From Phallusia mammillata (taxonomy: Eukaryota), in the NCBI GenBank assembly GCA_965637545.1, contig OZ281500.1, forward strand, positions 2,108,001 to 2,172,000: a stretch of DNA of 64,000 nucleotides, given 5' to 3'. Below, piece after piece: positions 62,662-64,000 of this stretch (positions are counted from its first letter, which is position 1; each line of letters starts with the position of its first letter). Under the pieces are notes generated by a model. The model saw nothing but the letters and a program-made list of their open reading frames with translations. It was not told the DNA's origin and ran no database searches. Position numbers and translations under genes: made by a program.

Positions 62662-63418
62662 ATTTATAGTAATTTGGTAGTACATACAAGTAACGCAACT
62701 AACAAAGTAAATAAGCGAAGAAATAAGCAAATTAAACAGACAAAAACACTACATCGTTTGCGCAAATTGAATGATGATGTTAGCTTGGAAATACGAGCGA
62801 ATTTTTTCCAAAACATATTCGCGAACTTTAAGCTTTTCTCTCAGTTTTTGTACATTAAATATTTGTATTTATCAAAACATATAGCCAATATTAACGCAAA
62901 CAAAAGCCTGACACTAGTAACGTTCATCTTCACGTGTCAATCTAACGTGCGGAGATTTGCGCAATGTACGTCACACATTTATCCGCATCTACACAACCAT
63001 TTAAATGGAAATAATAGAGCTGTAATCAACCGGACATAAGAAACAGTTTGTTACCGGCGAAATTGAGTTAAATTGTGTTTTTCTGCGGATTGTGACTAAA
63101 TTTGCGGCATTTTTCCTTTCAGAATGTTGTATCCTACTGTTCATGTTTAGTGTTAAATACTGTTGCCAGAAACCAGTTTAGTTGGTTTGAGATACTAAAT
63201 GTAACTAATGTTTCAAGACTTATGTGTTTATCGCTATGAATTGTGTCCTCGAAATCCATTTTGCAAAACTCCTCACGCCGCCCATGTGCTTGGCGGAAAC
63301 GTTGTATCTATAATACTCTCCAACCATTTGACAGATAAACATTCTATCTACTTTACATGTAAAATTCACAACTGTTTATTTGGAAAGAAGTCTATAACCG
63401 TTTTTTTTATTTTACACC

Positions 63419-63498
63419 GACGTACTTTTATACGATTGTAAGCCGCGGCTTTGACGTTTTTGCCCTTTTGTGCGGCTTACAACCGAGTAAATACGGTA
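63419..63498. mobile_element. Small Tc1/mariner(pogo)-like MITE remnant
   Basis: Imperfect inverted ends ...TACGATTGTAAGCCGC / GCGGCTTACAACCGAGTAAATACGGTA. Confidence 0.4.
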
Positions 63499-63594
63499 TT
63501 CGATTTTTATAAGGATACATGCACTTGACTACGTGTTAACTAAAAGAGTGTAAACTGTACATCAATGGATTTACATCAAAGGGCTGTGCAGTCT

Positions 63595-63926
63595 TTAGGT
63601 CATGACCATATGCGAGGCATTTTCGCGCTTTCGTCGGACACACGCATACACGGCAGTACATAGATTCAAAAACGACACAAAGAATGAGGTCCAACCTAAA
63701 TAGATGGAATATGCAAAATCCACTACAGAATCTTGTTCTATTTTAGTGAGTTCTTTGTAGAAAGCCTCCTCGTCGATTGTGCCTGGGAAGGGTTCGTTAC
63801 GTTTTGAGCGAATGCCAATCGTTATGATTCCGTGCTGAAACTGATCGAAGAAAAGCATAGGGCTGCCGTGTTTTGCATCGACAAACAACACAGTATACAC
63901 CAACATGCCCACAAAAAGACACATCA
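63595..63926 (-). CDS. Terminal exon of a claudin/PMP22/EMP-superfamily tetraspan protein (5' part outside the window)
   Basis: Acceptor TTTTTATCTGCAG; TM3 (VMCLFVGMLVYTVLF), loop, TM4 with FAYSIYLGW motif, short basic tail, stop at 63595. Confidence 0.7.
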
Positions 63927-64000
63927 CTGCAGATAAAAAAATGTTTGCAGGTTAATATTTTCTATTACTCAAGCTTTTCCATGTTGATGGTTATTTGAAT

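Overview
AT-rich eukaryotic (animal) genomic DNA with short GT-AG introns. Two divergent connexin genes in an invertebrate-like context point to a tunicate/ascidian (inference). Layout: (1) 1-~15.7 kb: a head-to-tail array of a ~2.6 kb non-coding unit (four units plus parts, and one diverged copy). The unit is homologous to the upstream region of the adjacent SLC34 gene, is interrupted by a solo LTR and hAT MITEs, and is crossed by a 200-N gap. (2) Two tandem 10-exon SLC34 Na+/Pi cotransporter paralogs (+). (3) Two tandem connexins (-) with atypical second extracellular loops. (4) A 4-exon secreted protein consisting only of an HHIP-type N-terminal cysteine-rich domain (+). (5) A 24-exon TBC1D1/TBC1D4 (AS160) Rab-GAP (+). 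(6) eRF3/GSPT (-). (7) The last exon of a claudin/PMP22-like gene (-). Many non-autonomous DNA transposons are present (hAT with 8-bp TSDs, a nested MULE-like element, a Helentron/HINE-like element). Exon boundaries were read by hand and checked for frame. Family assignments rest on recalled motifs, not database searches.
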